A DNA stretch of 63,473 nucleotides, the filler included, from Fonticula-like sp. SCN 57-25 (taxonomy: Eukaryota): assembly GCA_001724245.1 (NCBI GenBank). It is 7 parts of 7 records of this genome, joined end to end, with 100 filler letters (N's around TTAATTAATTAA, not from the genome) between each part and the next. Parts side by side here need not be neighbours in the genome. Positions count along the whole stretch, not along the records: positions 1 to 8,959 come from MEDX01000279.1; positions 9,060 to 17,974 come from MEDX01000280.1; 5 more parts are not named here. The stretch is one strand, 5' to 3'. The notes under the pieces are model-generated. The model made no database searches, was not told where the DNA came from, and was given only the letters and a program-made list of their open reading frames with translations. The translations under genes and the position numbers were made by a program. This document shows, in pieces, positions 1 through 12,200 of the stretch. How positions within the stretch are numbered: position 1 is the stretch's first letter; every line of letters begins with the position of its first letter.

Positions 1-1426
1 CGGAGTGCAGGAATTTGGCCATTTCGATGCGGACTTTGAGGAGGCGGCGTCGTTTTTCTTCCTGATTGATGAAAGGAGGGGAAAAGTGGAGGAAAAGAGA
101 GGAAAAGAGAAGAAAAAGAGAGAAAAAGAGAAGAAAAAGAGAAAAATGGAAGAAAAAGAGAGAAAAAGAGAGAAAAAGAGAGAAAAAAGAGAGTAAATTG
201 TAACAATGTAACAAGTAACAATAATGAACATAGTAACAAGTAATAATGAACATAAGTAACAAGTATCAATAATGTAATAATGTAAACAAGTAATAATGTA
301 ACAAGTATCATGTAACAATAATACAATAAGTAACAAGTATCAATAAGTAATAACAATGAAAACTCTTGTTAGTGCACTAATATTCATATGCAAACTGCAA
401 ACTGTACCCTAGTGATGGCCTCTTCGAATGTGCTTGGCAGCATATTGGGAAAGAGCTTTAGTAGGACGGGGAGGGCGAGCTCGGCAAAGGGGATGAGCAC
501 GAGGGCGATGAAGGGCACAATGCGCATCATATCAGACGCAGTGCGGGTCAACTGTGGAAAGTGAAGGGAAGGGAAGGGAAGAAGGGAAAGTGAGTGAAAA
601 GAGAGAAAAAGAGAGAAAAATGGAGAAAAATGGGTGAAAAATGAGAAAAAGAGAGAAAAAAGTGACAAAAATGACACTAGAAAAGTGACAAGAAAAGTGA
701 CAAAAAAGAGAAAAATTACTCAATTATACTCATAATACTCTAATAATACTCATAATAATACTCAATTATACTCATAATACTCTAATAATATACTCTTAAT
801 ATACTCAACACTCAAATATGTCCACCCATACTCACCCCTAATACTCAACCCTTTTCACTTCGTACCTGACGCTTCTCACGACGTGTGAGCTGCTTACCCT
901 GCAACAACTGCCCCACCAATCTCGCCGAGATCCCGACCTCTTTCGACAGCAATTTCAGTCCATGCCAATAATGAACCATTTCGTTCTTGAATCTTGTCCA
1001 CATCGACTTTTTAACCAGCTTTTCAGCCTCGAGATGCGCCACTTCATCTAAAAACTTGCGATCGACTTCATCGTCTTTTTCGTCGAGTGTGCCGCGGCTG
1101 TGGTGCGCGGCGGCGGTGGGAGCGACGCCGATCTCTTCGCGGGAGTGGCCGGGGACGCGGAGGAGCTCGTCGCGGCGTTTTTGGCGCATCTCGCGGAGGA
1201 GGCGATCATCGGCGGGATCGCGGGGGGTGGGATCGCGAGTGGATTGGGAGAAGGATGACAGCGAAGAGTACGCGCGCAGATGGCGGAAAGATCCACCACT
1301 AAAAGAGCTGACGGAGCGGGCTTGGAAAATGGTGTGTGAGCCGCCGCTGTGCAGGGATGCCGCGCGGAGCAGCGGGCCAGATGCCAGCGGGCGGCGAAGC
1401 AAAACAACGCTGGAAAGAAGAATCAT
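1..1426 (-). CDS. LETM1: LETM1/MDM38 mitochondrial inner-membrane protein, 5' part (exons 1426-866, 551-408, 61-<1; truncated at window edge)
   Basis: Spliced translation gives HYWHGLKLL...[22 protein letters not shown]...[39 protein letters not shown], the hallmark LETM1 motifs. GT-AG junctions keep the frame and the N-terminus resembles a mitochondrial transit peptide. Confidence 0.93.
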
Positions 1427-1843
1427 TCAATGGTTAGAATTAATTAAACACTTGTTTCCTATTCAACACAATATCCCTCAAAATATGCGGGTATTTATGC
1501 GACAAAAAAACAAGCATTTGTGCCCAGATCCCTGCGGCATGATCCCTTCCGAGTCGCCCGGCCCCTCACGCACCTCCCCATCGCGGCCACGTGGATCGAA
1601 AAGCAATGCCTCTTGGTGTTCAATTTTTGCACACCCCGGATCGGTTTCGAGGGGATGAAAATTTGTCACCCCGGATTGAAAAGATGACCTTTTTTTTCGC
1701 TTTTTTCCCCATTTTCGGCCTTGTTGTTGAAAGGCGACGTTTGCGTGTCGGCATTGGCGTCGGCTGATTTAGTTTTTGTCGAGTGGGAACGGCGGCCGTT
1801 TCAGTTGGTTGGAGTGTATAATTAATAAGCATTTTTGGTCATA

Positions 1844-3215
1844 ATGTCGCGCTCGGTATTGGCGGGCAAGCAGCAGGAGGAGCTGTACGTCATCAATCTA
1901 GTTTAGCTGCATCATGATCTAACGCGCATGTGATTGCAGGCATCAAGCGATCCTCGACTATCTATCGACGAGCGGCTTCTCCGACTCCTTTGCCGCCTTC
2001 CAGCGCGAGACCGGCCTTGAGCACGTGGCCGATGGCAAGCAAAAGTACTCTGGCGTGCTCGAAAAGAAATGGACATCGGTGATCCGCCTTCAGAAAAAGG
2101 TTCTTGATCTCGAAAAGCAGACGCAAGTGCTTCAAGAGGAGATCGCCTCTGCCCCCGTGCGCAAGGCCACCTCCTCCGTGGACTGGATCCCGCGCCCCCC
2201 CGAGCGCTTTTCGCTCACTGGCCATCGCGGCGTCGTCACTGGCGTCAGCTTCCATCCCGTCTTCAGCGTCATCGCCACCTCCTCCGAGGACGCCACCGTC
2301 AAGATCTGGGACTATGAAACGGGCGACTTTGAGCGCACGCTCAAAGGCCACACGAACGCCGTGCAGGATGTCGCCTTTGATCCCTCTGGCCGCTACGCCG
2401 CATCCTGCTCTGCCGACATGAGCGTCAAGCTCTGGGACACGCAGGATGAGTACAAGTGCGTCAAGACACTCCAGGGCCACGATCACAACGTGAGCGGCGT
2501 CGCGTTCATCAGCGCGCAGCACCTCGTCTCGTGCTCGCGCGACAATACGATCCGCGTGTGGCAGATCGCCACTGGCTACTGCATCCGCACGCTCAAGGGA
2601 CACACAGATTGGGTTCGCCACGTGGCCGTTAACGAGAATGGGACTTTAATTGCGTCGTGCTCGAGCGATCAGAGCGTGCGCGTTTGGGATCCGATGTCGG
2701 ATGCCGGCGATGCCAAGATGGAGCTGTACGGGCACGAGCACGTGGTCGAGTGCGTCGCATGGGCGCCGCGATCTGCAAACGGCGCCATCAGAGAGTTGCT
2801 CGGGTTGCCGCAGGTCAAGGAAAGTGCGCCGACAACAGGCAAGGAGGGTGGCAAGGAAAGTGGCAAGGAAAGTGGTCAGCAGGGTCAGCAAGATGGGCCG
2901 CCTGGGACTTACTTGGTGTCGGGATCGCGCGATCGGACGATGCGGCTGTGGGACACGATCACTGGCCAGTGCGTGCACACTTTTTCGGGTCACGACAATT
3001 GGGTGCGCGGCGTCGCGTGGCACCCGTCGGGCAAGTTTTTGCTGTCGGTCAGCGATGACAAGACGATGCGGATATGGGAGGTGAAATCGGGGAGGAATGT
3101 AAAGACGTATGATGCGCACGCGCACTTTTGTACGGCGATTGCGTTTAATGGGAAGAGTCCGGTGGTGGCGACGGGGAGTGTCGACCAGACGGCAAAGATC
3201 TGGGAGTGCAGGTGA
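1844..3215 (+). CDS. LIS1: LIS1/PAC1/NudF dynein regulator (exons 1844-1884, 1940-3215)
   Basis: LisH motif (QQEEL|HQAILDYL), LEKKWTSVIRLQKKVLDLE coiled coil, WIPRPPE, seven WD40 repeats, C-terminal KIWECR. Confidence 0.96.
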
Positions 3216-3739
3216 AGATGACGAGGATGACGAGAAGACGAAGATGATGTTGTATAGATGCAAATATAGATGGAGAGGATGGCGAATAATAGTGCTTATT
3301 TTTCATATTATTTTAATGAGCTTGGTATGAATAGACACAGTCCAATAGTTTGAATAAATATGGAACATCATGAGATTGTCCATGGTGATGTTGATGGTTG
3401 ATGATGTAGATGCAGCACATAGGTGTGACAGTCATGAGTGGAAGACGAGCGTTGTTTAATACTATGAATAGAACATATTCATATACCATATCAGAATGGG
3501 TCATTACTGTTGTGGTATCAAGCCCATAAACTATCTAAAGGTCCTTTATTTCGTAGATTTGACGCCTCAAGTCAAAATGCAACCCAAATCGAAAAGGTCG
3601 CATTTTGCATCAAGGTGCAAACTGCAAACTGATAAATTATCAGTTGACTGCCCCTCAAGTAAAAGCTGTTGTTCTTTCGGCGTTTCCTTCGACGCCATGG
3701 CGACCAGCATGTCCGTCTGATGCTCCGACGGCGTTCATT

Positions 3740-4240
3740 TTATGCGGGACCGACATGGTCTTTTCGTGACGACGGGTGGAACATGAAGCTGCTACGGATT
3801 TGACCGTAGCAGCGATGCAATTTCGTGGGATCCGACGTGTTGGTATCGGACGACGCAATGGCGACCCCGGCAATGGCATCGACACGAACTCGGATCCACC
3901 GCATGTTGCAGATACCCTTGAGGCCAACGTATCTCGTCTCCAGATAGCGCCTGAAGAGCAAGAGCGCGTCATGGTTAAATATCTTTGGGCAAGCATGATG
4001 GTCGACCACGCGCGCCAGTTGAGCCAAGTTGAAGACATCCGACTTCCTGTATGTGGCCGAGATGGACGCAAGAAGCGCATCGGGCGAAAACTTCGTGTGG
4101 CCTGGGAGCATGATCCTCAGGTTGGATCAGATTGCAGAGATGCACCGTCAACTTTTGCTTGTAATAGGTTTCGCTTGGTTGCGTGACGACATGATCTGCA
4201 TCGTCATCAAGGATCACTCTGTGTGATGCATCAGCGATGC
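3740..4240 (-). mobile_element. Degenerate DDE-type transposase fragment (Sola-like), internally deleted
   Basis: Motifs TQPSETYYKQKLTVHL and MLPGHTKFSPD...YRKSDVF sit in different frames only about 25 nt apart. In intact members of this family, as I recall them, a DNCxxQNKN block lies between these motifs and is absent here. Confidence 0.5.
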
Positions 4241-4527
4241 TTTTCTGAATTGACTCTGTATCATTGCCAATAAACATCGAAAATGTCATAAAACTGTGAA
4301 AAAGTGTTCTTTTATGGACATAGAACACTATGTACTACAACACTGTGACAACCATGTTGCTTGTCTATCTCTTTCCCTTTACACCATTCATGATCAGCTC
4401 ATGATCCCTTTCAATGACTCAATCCACCCTACAACCCTGCCGCAGCCGTGTATCATATTAACTGTATTATTCTCTATTAAAACCCAATTCACTTTCTCGA
4501 CCCAATTCACTTTCGCCTTTCCTTTCC

Positions 4528-5839
4528 TCACGGCGAGTTGATCGATGCCGTGCTCGCGCCCTGGTACGGCCCCCTCAGCGGCGTCATTTCCGGCGACACC
4601 CCCATAGTCGCGTACACGTTCCCTCCCTGATGAAAATTGAACGCCTCCGCCGACGGTGTCGTATTAAACGCCTTGTAAGTATCCTTGAAGAAATCCGCCG
4701 TCATAAACGCGTTCACAAACGCCGCGCTTTTCGTCAGTTTAGCGCCGCCCTCGACGTAAAATTCGCGGTAAGAAAAGTAACTCAAATGGACGACAGTAAT
4801 GAGCGAAAGCTCCATACAGACGAGAATGCCCTGCAGGTCGCTCGCGCTGACCTCGTGGTTGGCGCCGGCAAAGTAATAAATGAGGCCGATGAGCATGCCC
4901 TGGAGGAAGGAAAGGAAGACGACGAGCTTGATGCACCAAAACTTTGCGTCGGCGCGCATCCCCGGTGTGGCGTCGATCTCGGGCTCGAGCCAGCCGAGGA
5001 TCGCGTGCATGTTGAACATGGAAAAGATAATGGTGATGACGTGCGCGACGTTGAGCCAGAGGTAGATCGAGTCGGCGCCATAGTCATCATCGCGGAGGTA
5101 GTGCGAGACATCGAGGATGAAGGTGATGAGGCCGATGAGGGGCATGACGACGACGAATTGGAGTGTGAGGCGCTTGGCGCGGACATAATGCTAAGAGAGG
5201 GTGAGAAAAGTGAGGAAAGTGGGCGGAAAGTGAGGGGAAAGAGGGGCAAAGTGAAGGAAAGTGGAGCAAAAGTGATGAAAAAGCGATGAAAAGTGATGAA
5301 AAAGTGTTGTAAAAAGAACAAGAAAAAGTGGCCATAAATGACAATAAATGTGACAAATTGTGACAAAATTGACAATAAATGACCATAAAAGCCCCAATAA
5401 ATGACGATAATTGAACATAGAGTAATGATTCAAACCGCACCTTCTCGGGATGATCCTTGAGGATCAAAGGCTTGCGCTCGATGCAGCAAATGTTCCTCCT
5501 CTTGATCGGCTCCTTCTGCGCCAGCTTCTCGATCACCGCCATCTCACCGCCCAGGTACTCCACGACGAGCAGGAAAAACGTGGCGATCACGAATGCCTGG
5601 TAGCAATCGCGCAGCAGCGACAGGTACTTTGCCGCGCCGACAAACTGGAGGGAAAGCCACGCGACGGTGGCGTACACGGGGATCATCAGCTGGATGCGGA
5701 CAATGTAGCGCTGCAGGGTGGGCTTGTGGTAGTGCGTAAAGTGGCGGTAGATGCCAATGATGGGGATGATGACGGAGATGAGGGCGAAAGGAAGGGCGAC
5801 CCAGCAGAGGGTCTGCACCAATCCTTCGCGAGGCGCCAT
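4528..5839 (-). CDS. TMEM184 / organic solute transporter alpha family membrane protein (exons 5839-5441, 5190-4528)
   Basis: YHKPTLQRYIVRIQLMIPVYA, LLRDCYQAFVIATFFLL..YLGGE, KFWCIKLVVFLSFLQG and LVCMEL motifs; a 250-nt GT-AG intron restores the frame. Confidence 0.9.
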
Positions 5840-6081
5840 TCTTTCGCTTATCAAAAGCGGGGAAAAAAAGAAAAGGAAGCGCGACTGGTAGGCAGTGGGA
5901 GGCCGCAGAAACAAAAGACGGGATGGAACTGCTGGAAATCCCCCGGCCAACGTCGGGTGAGGATCGCTCGGCCTATTACAAGGGGGCCGCGTCAACACTG
6001 ATCACTTTGGACCCTTTTGATTGATTTTTACTTTCAGAAAGGAGCCAAGTGAGTCTCTGCTTTGTGAGTTCACGTGACACG

Positions 6082-7518
6082 ATGATGATGCGCGCTGCGC
6101 GCGTGGCCGTCGTGGGCAGCGGCCCCGCGGGATTCTACGCGGCGGACCGTCTCCTGAAGCACGCGTGGATATCCGTTGACATGTATGAGCGGCTTCCCGT
6201 CCCGTATGGACTGGTCCGATTCGGCGTCGCGCCCGACCATCCCGAGGTGAAGCAGTGCATTCACAAGTTTGAGGGCGTTGCCGCCGATCCTCGGTTCCGC
6301 CTCGCGGCCAATGTCGCTCTCGGCGCCGATGTTTCCGTCCCTGATCTGCGCCGCCATTATGACGCTGTTTTGCTCGCGACGGGCGCCGATTCTGATCGCG
6401 AGCTCGGGATCCCCGGCGAGCATCTGGACAATGTGTTTGGCGCGCGCTCCATTGTCGGGTGGTACAACGGGCATCCCGATGATGCGCACGTCTCGCCCGA
6501 CCTCTCCTCATCCAGCGCGCTCATCTTTGGCCAAGGCAATGTCGCGCTTGATGTAAGCCGCATGCTGCTCACGCCCGTCGATGTCCTCGCCGCGACCGAC
6601 ATTTCGGACCGCGCCATCTCGGCGCTCGCCTCGAGCAGTGTGCGCCGCGTGGAGGTCGTCGGCCGCCGCGGCCCGCTTCACGTCGCCTTTACCATCAAGG
6701 AGCTGCGCGAGTCGCTGCACGTCAAGGGATGCCGCCTCATCGTCCCCGACGCCGAAAACATCCTCGCAATGATCGACCAGGGCGAGGCCACGTGGTCGAA
6801 ACAGCGCGCGCGCAAGCGTCTGATGCAGCTGCTGCGCGATGCCGTGCGCGATTCGATGCGACCCGCCTCACCCGCCGACCGCGACGACGGCAGTGGGCGT
6901 ACACGTGAGCTCGTCCTCCGCTTCCTCACATCACCGACGCGCATCCTGAGCGACGCCGATGCTGATGCCGGATCCCGCGTCGCATCCGTCGAGACCATCA
7001 CGAACGCCATCGTGGGCGATCGCGCCGTCCCCATTCCCGGCTCCCTCAGCGCCCTCCCCGCCGGCCTCGTCGTGCGCTCCATTGGCTACCGCGGCGCGCG
7101 CATCCCCGGCATCCCCTTTGACGATGCCACCGGCACCGTCCCCACCCACCCCGACACCGCCCGCGTCGCCTTCCCGCCAAACAACCCCGACAATACAAAC
7201 GACCACGTGGATTACGGCCACGTGTACGCCGCCGGCTGGGTCCGCACTGGCCCGACGGGCGTGATCGCGACGACGATGACCGAGGCGCATGCCGTTGCAG
7301 ATGAGACCGCGGCTGGGCTCGAAGTAAATGGTGGCGGCCGCGAGGGCGGTCGTGGCGGCATGGACGCTGCTTTGGAAGGCGTAAAGGAAAAGGTGGTGAC
7401 ATTTGGGGGGTGGAAGAAGATCGATGAGGAGGAGATGCGGCGGGGGGCGGCAAAGGGAAAGGAGAGGGAAAAGATCATTTGTGTGGACGAGATGATCAAG
7501 ATCGCAAAGGGGAATTGA
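6082..7518 (+). CDS. FDXR: NADPH:adrenodoxin oxidoreductase (ferredoxin reductase), intronless
   Basis: VVGSGPAGFY FAD motif, PVPYGLVRFGVAPDHPEVK, GQGNVALDVSR NADP motif, GRRGP, RSIGY, AGWVRTGPTGVIATTM. Confidence 0.95.
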   Translation: MMMRAARVAVVGSGPAGFYAADRLLKHAWISVDMYERLPVPYGLVRFGVAPDHPEVKQCIHKFEGVAADPRFRLAANVALGADVSVPDLRRHYDAVLLATGADSDRELGIPGEHLDNVFGARSIVGWYNGHPDDAHVSPDLSSSSALIFGQGNVALDVSRMLLTPVDVLAATDISDRAISALASSSVRRVEVVGRRGPLHVAFTIKELRESLHVKGCRLIVPDAENILAMIDQGEATWSKQRARKRLMQLLRDAVRDSMRPASPADRDDGSGRTRELVLRFLTSPTRILSDADADAGSRVASVETITNAIVGDRAVPIPGSLSALPAGLVVRSIGYRGARIPGIPFDDATGTVPTHPDTARVAFPPNNPDNTNDHVDYGHVYAAGWVRTGPTGVIATTMTEAHAVADETAAGLEVNGGGREGGRGGMDAALEGVKEKVVTFGGWKKIDEEEMRRGAAKGKEREKIICVDEMIKIAKGN

Positions 7519-8133
7519 TGTGTAATAATTATATATAAGGGGTGTTGTATAATATATTGAATACGATTATAAGTATAGACTCTAATTACACAGTAATACA
7601 GAAGCCATACAAAATTAATATAGATAAGCTTGGTCGTGTTGATGTCACCAAGCATGCGCGGTTGATGTTTGATATTGCCTTGGAAATGGCGCACAAGCAC
7701 ATTGAGATTACCCGCGAAGCACTATCGAGCGTATTTTTATGCAGCGAAAGAGTCAAGCAGCGGCCAGAGTTGAGCGCGCTGCAGACATTAGAGGAAACAT
7801 GTCATGCTCGAGCGGCGCTGATTCCTGCACCGAGCTTGAATATCGCCGACTTTGTCGTGTCGGCCATGATTGTGCGAGGCGTGCTGCTCGTACGAGCAGA
7901 GCCGCTGGATGAGATGAATGATGAAGATGATGATACGATGGAGGACGATATTCGATTCCGAAACAAATTGTTTTGGTGCCGGGTGATGCAGAGGGTTCGC
8001 CATACTTTGGGATGTTCTAGAGTGTGATATATACTGTATTGATAGTGTGTACAATTTTGGGTTGCTTTGTAAAATATTGTTCAGTTTCGTGTCGGCTGGA
8101 TAGGTTTTTTATATTGATTTTGTATAAGATTAT

Positions 8134-8959
8134 TTGATGTCGGCAATACAATGTTTCGAAACACAACTTGCTCTTGATTATATGAGCAATATTGCGCTGC
8201 AAACGATTTCCGAATCCGCCGACGGAGCCCGATCACTGCGATCTTGGCGTCACAAGCGCTGGTCCCCGTCGCACAAGTGCTGCAACGGGCCGGTTCGAGC
8301 CGGGATCATTTCCCGCCGCGGGCAAAGTCAGTTGGCCCAGAGACTGCACTTTGCCCGCGCTCGACCGCTTCCACGAGCTCTTATTCACGATTAGATGTGA
8401 AGATAGGGCTGTGGATTTGCCAGGACGTCCATATGTCCCTTGCCACGAACTTTTATGTCCCTCACCCGCGCGACGATCGTATATCGTGGACGTCCATCGA
8501 CGCAGGGCATCTCATCAAGCGGCTTTGGTCTGCTGCGACTGGCGGTAGTGCGCCAGCACGGCAGATCACCCCCATGATTTCGCGACCAGTGCTCGATCAG
8601 GCGGCCAGTAACGACCCCGCGCTTCGTGGCATCCTCAACGGCGCTGACCCCCAGTCGGTTCAGTATGCCATATACCTTTTTTCGGAGGTTGTCGAGCGGC
8701 GCATGGCGGGCGCTGGTGCCAAGGAAGAGGCAGAGCTGGTTGCCCTCATTCGCAAATTTTTTTTGAAAAGCCCACGATCGCCGCGGTCTCTCCGCCGAGG
8801 AGAGGAGGCGTCGTCTCGTGGCCCTTTGCACATGGCTGCTCTCAAAAGTCGACATGAACAATTGGCTGAAGAACGGCGTCCCAGGATACGTTCGAGGCAT
8901 CCCGATCAACACGTTTGAGGCGCTCATTGCGTCGGCCGAGGCAGTTGTCGCGCTGCAAT
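8134..8959 (+). pseudogene. Frameshifted P-element/THAP9-like transposase relic, truncated by contig end
   Basis: Ordered motifs SESADG, IDAGHLIKR and DPQSVQYAIYLFSEVVERRM, then after a frameshift near 8757-8769 KAHDRRGLSAEER...GYVRGIPINTFEAL. These resemble the xSDG, DxxHLxK and QxVxxAxxLFSxxV blocks of P-type transposases. Confidence 0.45.
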
Positions 8960-9059
8960 NNNNNNNNNNNNNNNNNNNNNNNNNNNNNNNNNNNNNNNNN
9001 NNNTTAATTAATTAANNNNNNNNNNNNNNNNNNNNNNNNNNNNNNNNNNNNNNNNNNNN
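8960..9059. other. Artificial contig linker (N44-TTAATTAATTAA-N44)
   Basis: Six-frame stop cassette flanked by Ns, identical at six positions. Confidence 0.98.
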
Positions 9060-9280
9060 TGCCGTCTCAGATGAACGTCTGGGTTCAGTGCGGGCTGTTC
9101 AAGGCCGACAAGCGGACATTCTTCTTTGAGAGCGTATCATAGTGACAGTCACGTGACTTATTTTGAGATTGCAGTTTGCAATCTGATCTGATTTCTCTTT
9201 GTATCTTCATCATCTTTGTAAAGGACAATGACCTTGGGCAAAATAATAACTATGACCAACCCTACATATGCAATCACCAA

Positions 9281-12200
9281 CTAGTTGGTGGACAAGGCTT
9301 GTAATTGGGCCTCATACAAAACAGATGTATAGCGCGTGAGAAACGTGATCAATCGTTCATCGCGCACGATCAACGATGACGGTACAAGCTCGAGAATATC
9401 GGTTCCCTTCGGTGCAGCATGATACTTTGACAATGCTGCTTCTAGCATACTACGCATGCCATCCACAACACGATATCCATCGCAGTAAAGAAACACCTCG
9501 GTGGAACGCGGGCATGAAGAAATCGGCTTAGCGAGCGAGGCGTGCTGAAACAAAAGTGTGCACACGTAAAAAACACCCGCCTCGAACCTATCAAAAATTA
9601 GTACATGGTCATCAACAACTGTTCATTAAGCCCATACCGGGTGAGAAGGCCGCTTAAGCGGAACACGGCACGCCCGCCAGTTCTGAGCACGCTCACAGTC
9701 ACGAGCAATTCGGCAAGCAGGCGGCCCTTACCGGATGCATCATGCTGTCCAGATAGGCTGCCCAATACAATATCAATTGAATTGCCGCTGTACGTTTTCA
9801 CAAAGAGCACAATCGATTCGGGGCAGAGTTGCCCATCCGTCGTGCGGGCGTTGACAATCTCCACCACATCGTTTTGCCTAAAGGGTGTCACTTGTCAGAC
9901 TAAACTAAACGCCAATCAAATACGTACGACGATGAAGCACAAGTCAGGGCTTTCCATTGTGGCACAGTGGACTCGTTCGCACAGACCTCGTTCACACGGG
10001 ATAGCGCAAAGACGGTGCAAGAGTCTGAGTAAGGGTCCAGATCAAGAATACCAGGTGATGCACCAAGAGACGCCTGTGTAGCAGAAAACAAGGCGCCGTT
10101 GGTTTGGCCATCGATACCCCTCAACTTGGTGGCACGATACGATAACTCCTTTGTCCCAGAGTGAACGCATGCAAAGTGCCGACAGCAGAACGCGCGGCGA
10201 CTGTCCTTTGTAGGAAAATCTTGTGCAAATGAGCGGGAGGCCGCAATAATGCGCTGCAGCAATCCATCCTCAATAAATTTGGAGTGGATAAAGCGCTTAG
10301 GTGCAGGGCCAAACAGAGGAATAGATGGCTCCCAGGCATGCGACGGCCGTGAAAATGTCCAAAAACTATTAAATCATTAGCATTTCTGCGCCACCAATGA
10401 TTCCATTACGCACTGCGAGTAATCGTCAGAATCGCGACTGCGCAAGCCAAGGCCCTCGTGCGGATTCAGCTTGGTCACTTGGATCGGTTCTGAAACACCT
10501 TGACCCAGTCGACCGAGGCCGCCACCAGTGTAGCCTTGAGACACCATTATTCTCTCAGCGACGCTCATCTGGCTGGTAGAGTCGACTGATGTGGGCGGCC
10601 AAGGCGACACTGGCTCTCCGGCTTGCGATGACGGAATATAAGCAAGATCAAGGTCCGCCTGTCTCTGCCGTTTGAATGCGCGACGGTCTTCTTGCGTACC
10701 TCCATCCTGATAAAGGACGGCATATAACATTCAACAGCGTACGCGAGAGCATGAAAACTACCTACCTGAATTCTTGCACTTCCGCCAGCAAAGGTCCCGG
10801 TCCGGTTCCAAGAACCGCGAAGGTGATGCGCGGGAACAATACGACCATTTTGAGGAAGCCGCTCTACCTGAAACCGGTTGACCCAGTACTTTGACATCTG
10901 GTGCTTCTCATCGATAATCTATTTAAAATGTGGTCAGTGAGCTGCGTCAAGCACAATATCGGGAGGCGCACTTGGCGACGCTCGTTGAACGACATATTAT
11001 CAAAGAGTCGAAGATTTGTTTCAATTGTCTGGCGTTGGAATCCTTCAAACGCAACAGCACAGTCGGATATCTATGGAACTGAATGAGAAACAATATCAAA
11101 ACGCATGTTATGCATACTATCTTGGTAAATTGCTGCGGAATGGCGCTTGAGGGGAGAGCCGAGCACTGATCAAAACAAGTTGGTCCAACAACAGCCAACA
11201 GTGCCTCCAGCATCTCGCTCGACACCCCCTTGAACCCAGTTCCAACTAGGTATGTCTCTGAATTGCCAGCTTTGGAAGTGGCCGGCTTGCAAATGTGCAC
11301 CTCGTCAAAGTGCATCGCAGCCAGAAAGGATATATCCACTGAAGAATGCTCAAAGTACGTAAACATTTTAAGAACCATGTTTCCCCCCTTGGCAAGAATA
11401 CCAAGCGCGCTTACTAGTTCTGCAAAATGTATCGGAGCCGTCATGGATTCTTGCTCGTTTGGGTCGTGGAGAGAGTCGACGCTCCCGTCGCCCGTGACTA
11501 AATGCACCTCGCCGAGCGCGCGCGCACGCGCCCAATACGCTCGGATATTGTCCTGGTGCATGATGTTACCCGTGTTGTCAAAGCCAAACTCCCTAATACA
11601 CGTGTTTAGTAATGAAATAAATAATAAGCAGCAAATAATGTACCAATGTTCATATGTTTGCGCGATGAAGGCGTCGTCGTCGAGCATAGCCCCAGCGTCG
11701 TTCGCCTCGTGGTACGGGTTGAGCGAGACTCCGAACCAGTCCCAGGACACCTGAGGCATCTTGGTGCGAATAAAGTGGTTGGTGGCACATATAAAAGCCC
11801 CTGGGGCCTCGCAAAGATGTGCAGTTCGGATGGTATCGATCTTGGTCGGGAGGAGGGGATAGTCGCTGAGGAGCTCGTACATCTTGGCCCACGCGGTCGT
11901 GATCATCTCGCCGTCAACGCTTTCGCGCAGAGCTCGCACGACAAATGATGTGCGCGAGGTAAAGTTGGTGTGCGTGCCCCACAAGCCAAGATCGATATGG
12001 TCCAGGCGGGATTTGACCGAGTTAAGGCGCTCTTTCGCTTGCATGAGAGCGGGAATCGTGTATGGCTCGCATGAAAAGAGTAGCGACACGCTTACGGGAC
12101 GAAAATCGTCGCTCGCTGACTTGATGACACGTTTCTTTTCAAAGTGCGTAGCGAGATCTAATTCGCGCTCGAGCGAATCCCGGTTTTGGAACCGACCATC

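Noticed and set aside
5-723. Lys/Glu-rich and Phe/Ser-rich short ORFs
   Set aside because: Translations of low-complexity LETM1 introns.
9060-9142. Possible 3' end of a plus-strand gene at the contig start
   Set aside because: Only about 26 codons are visible, too short to assign.
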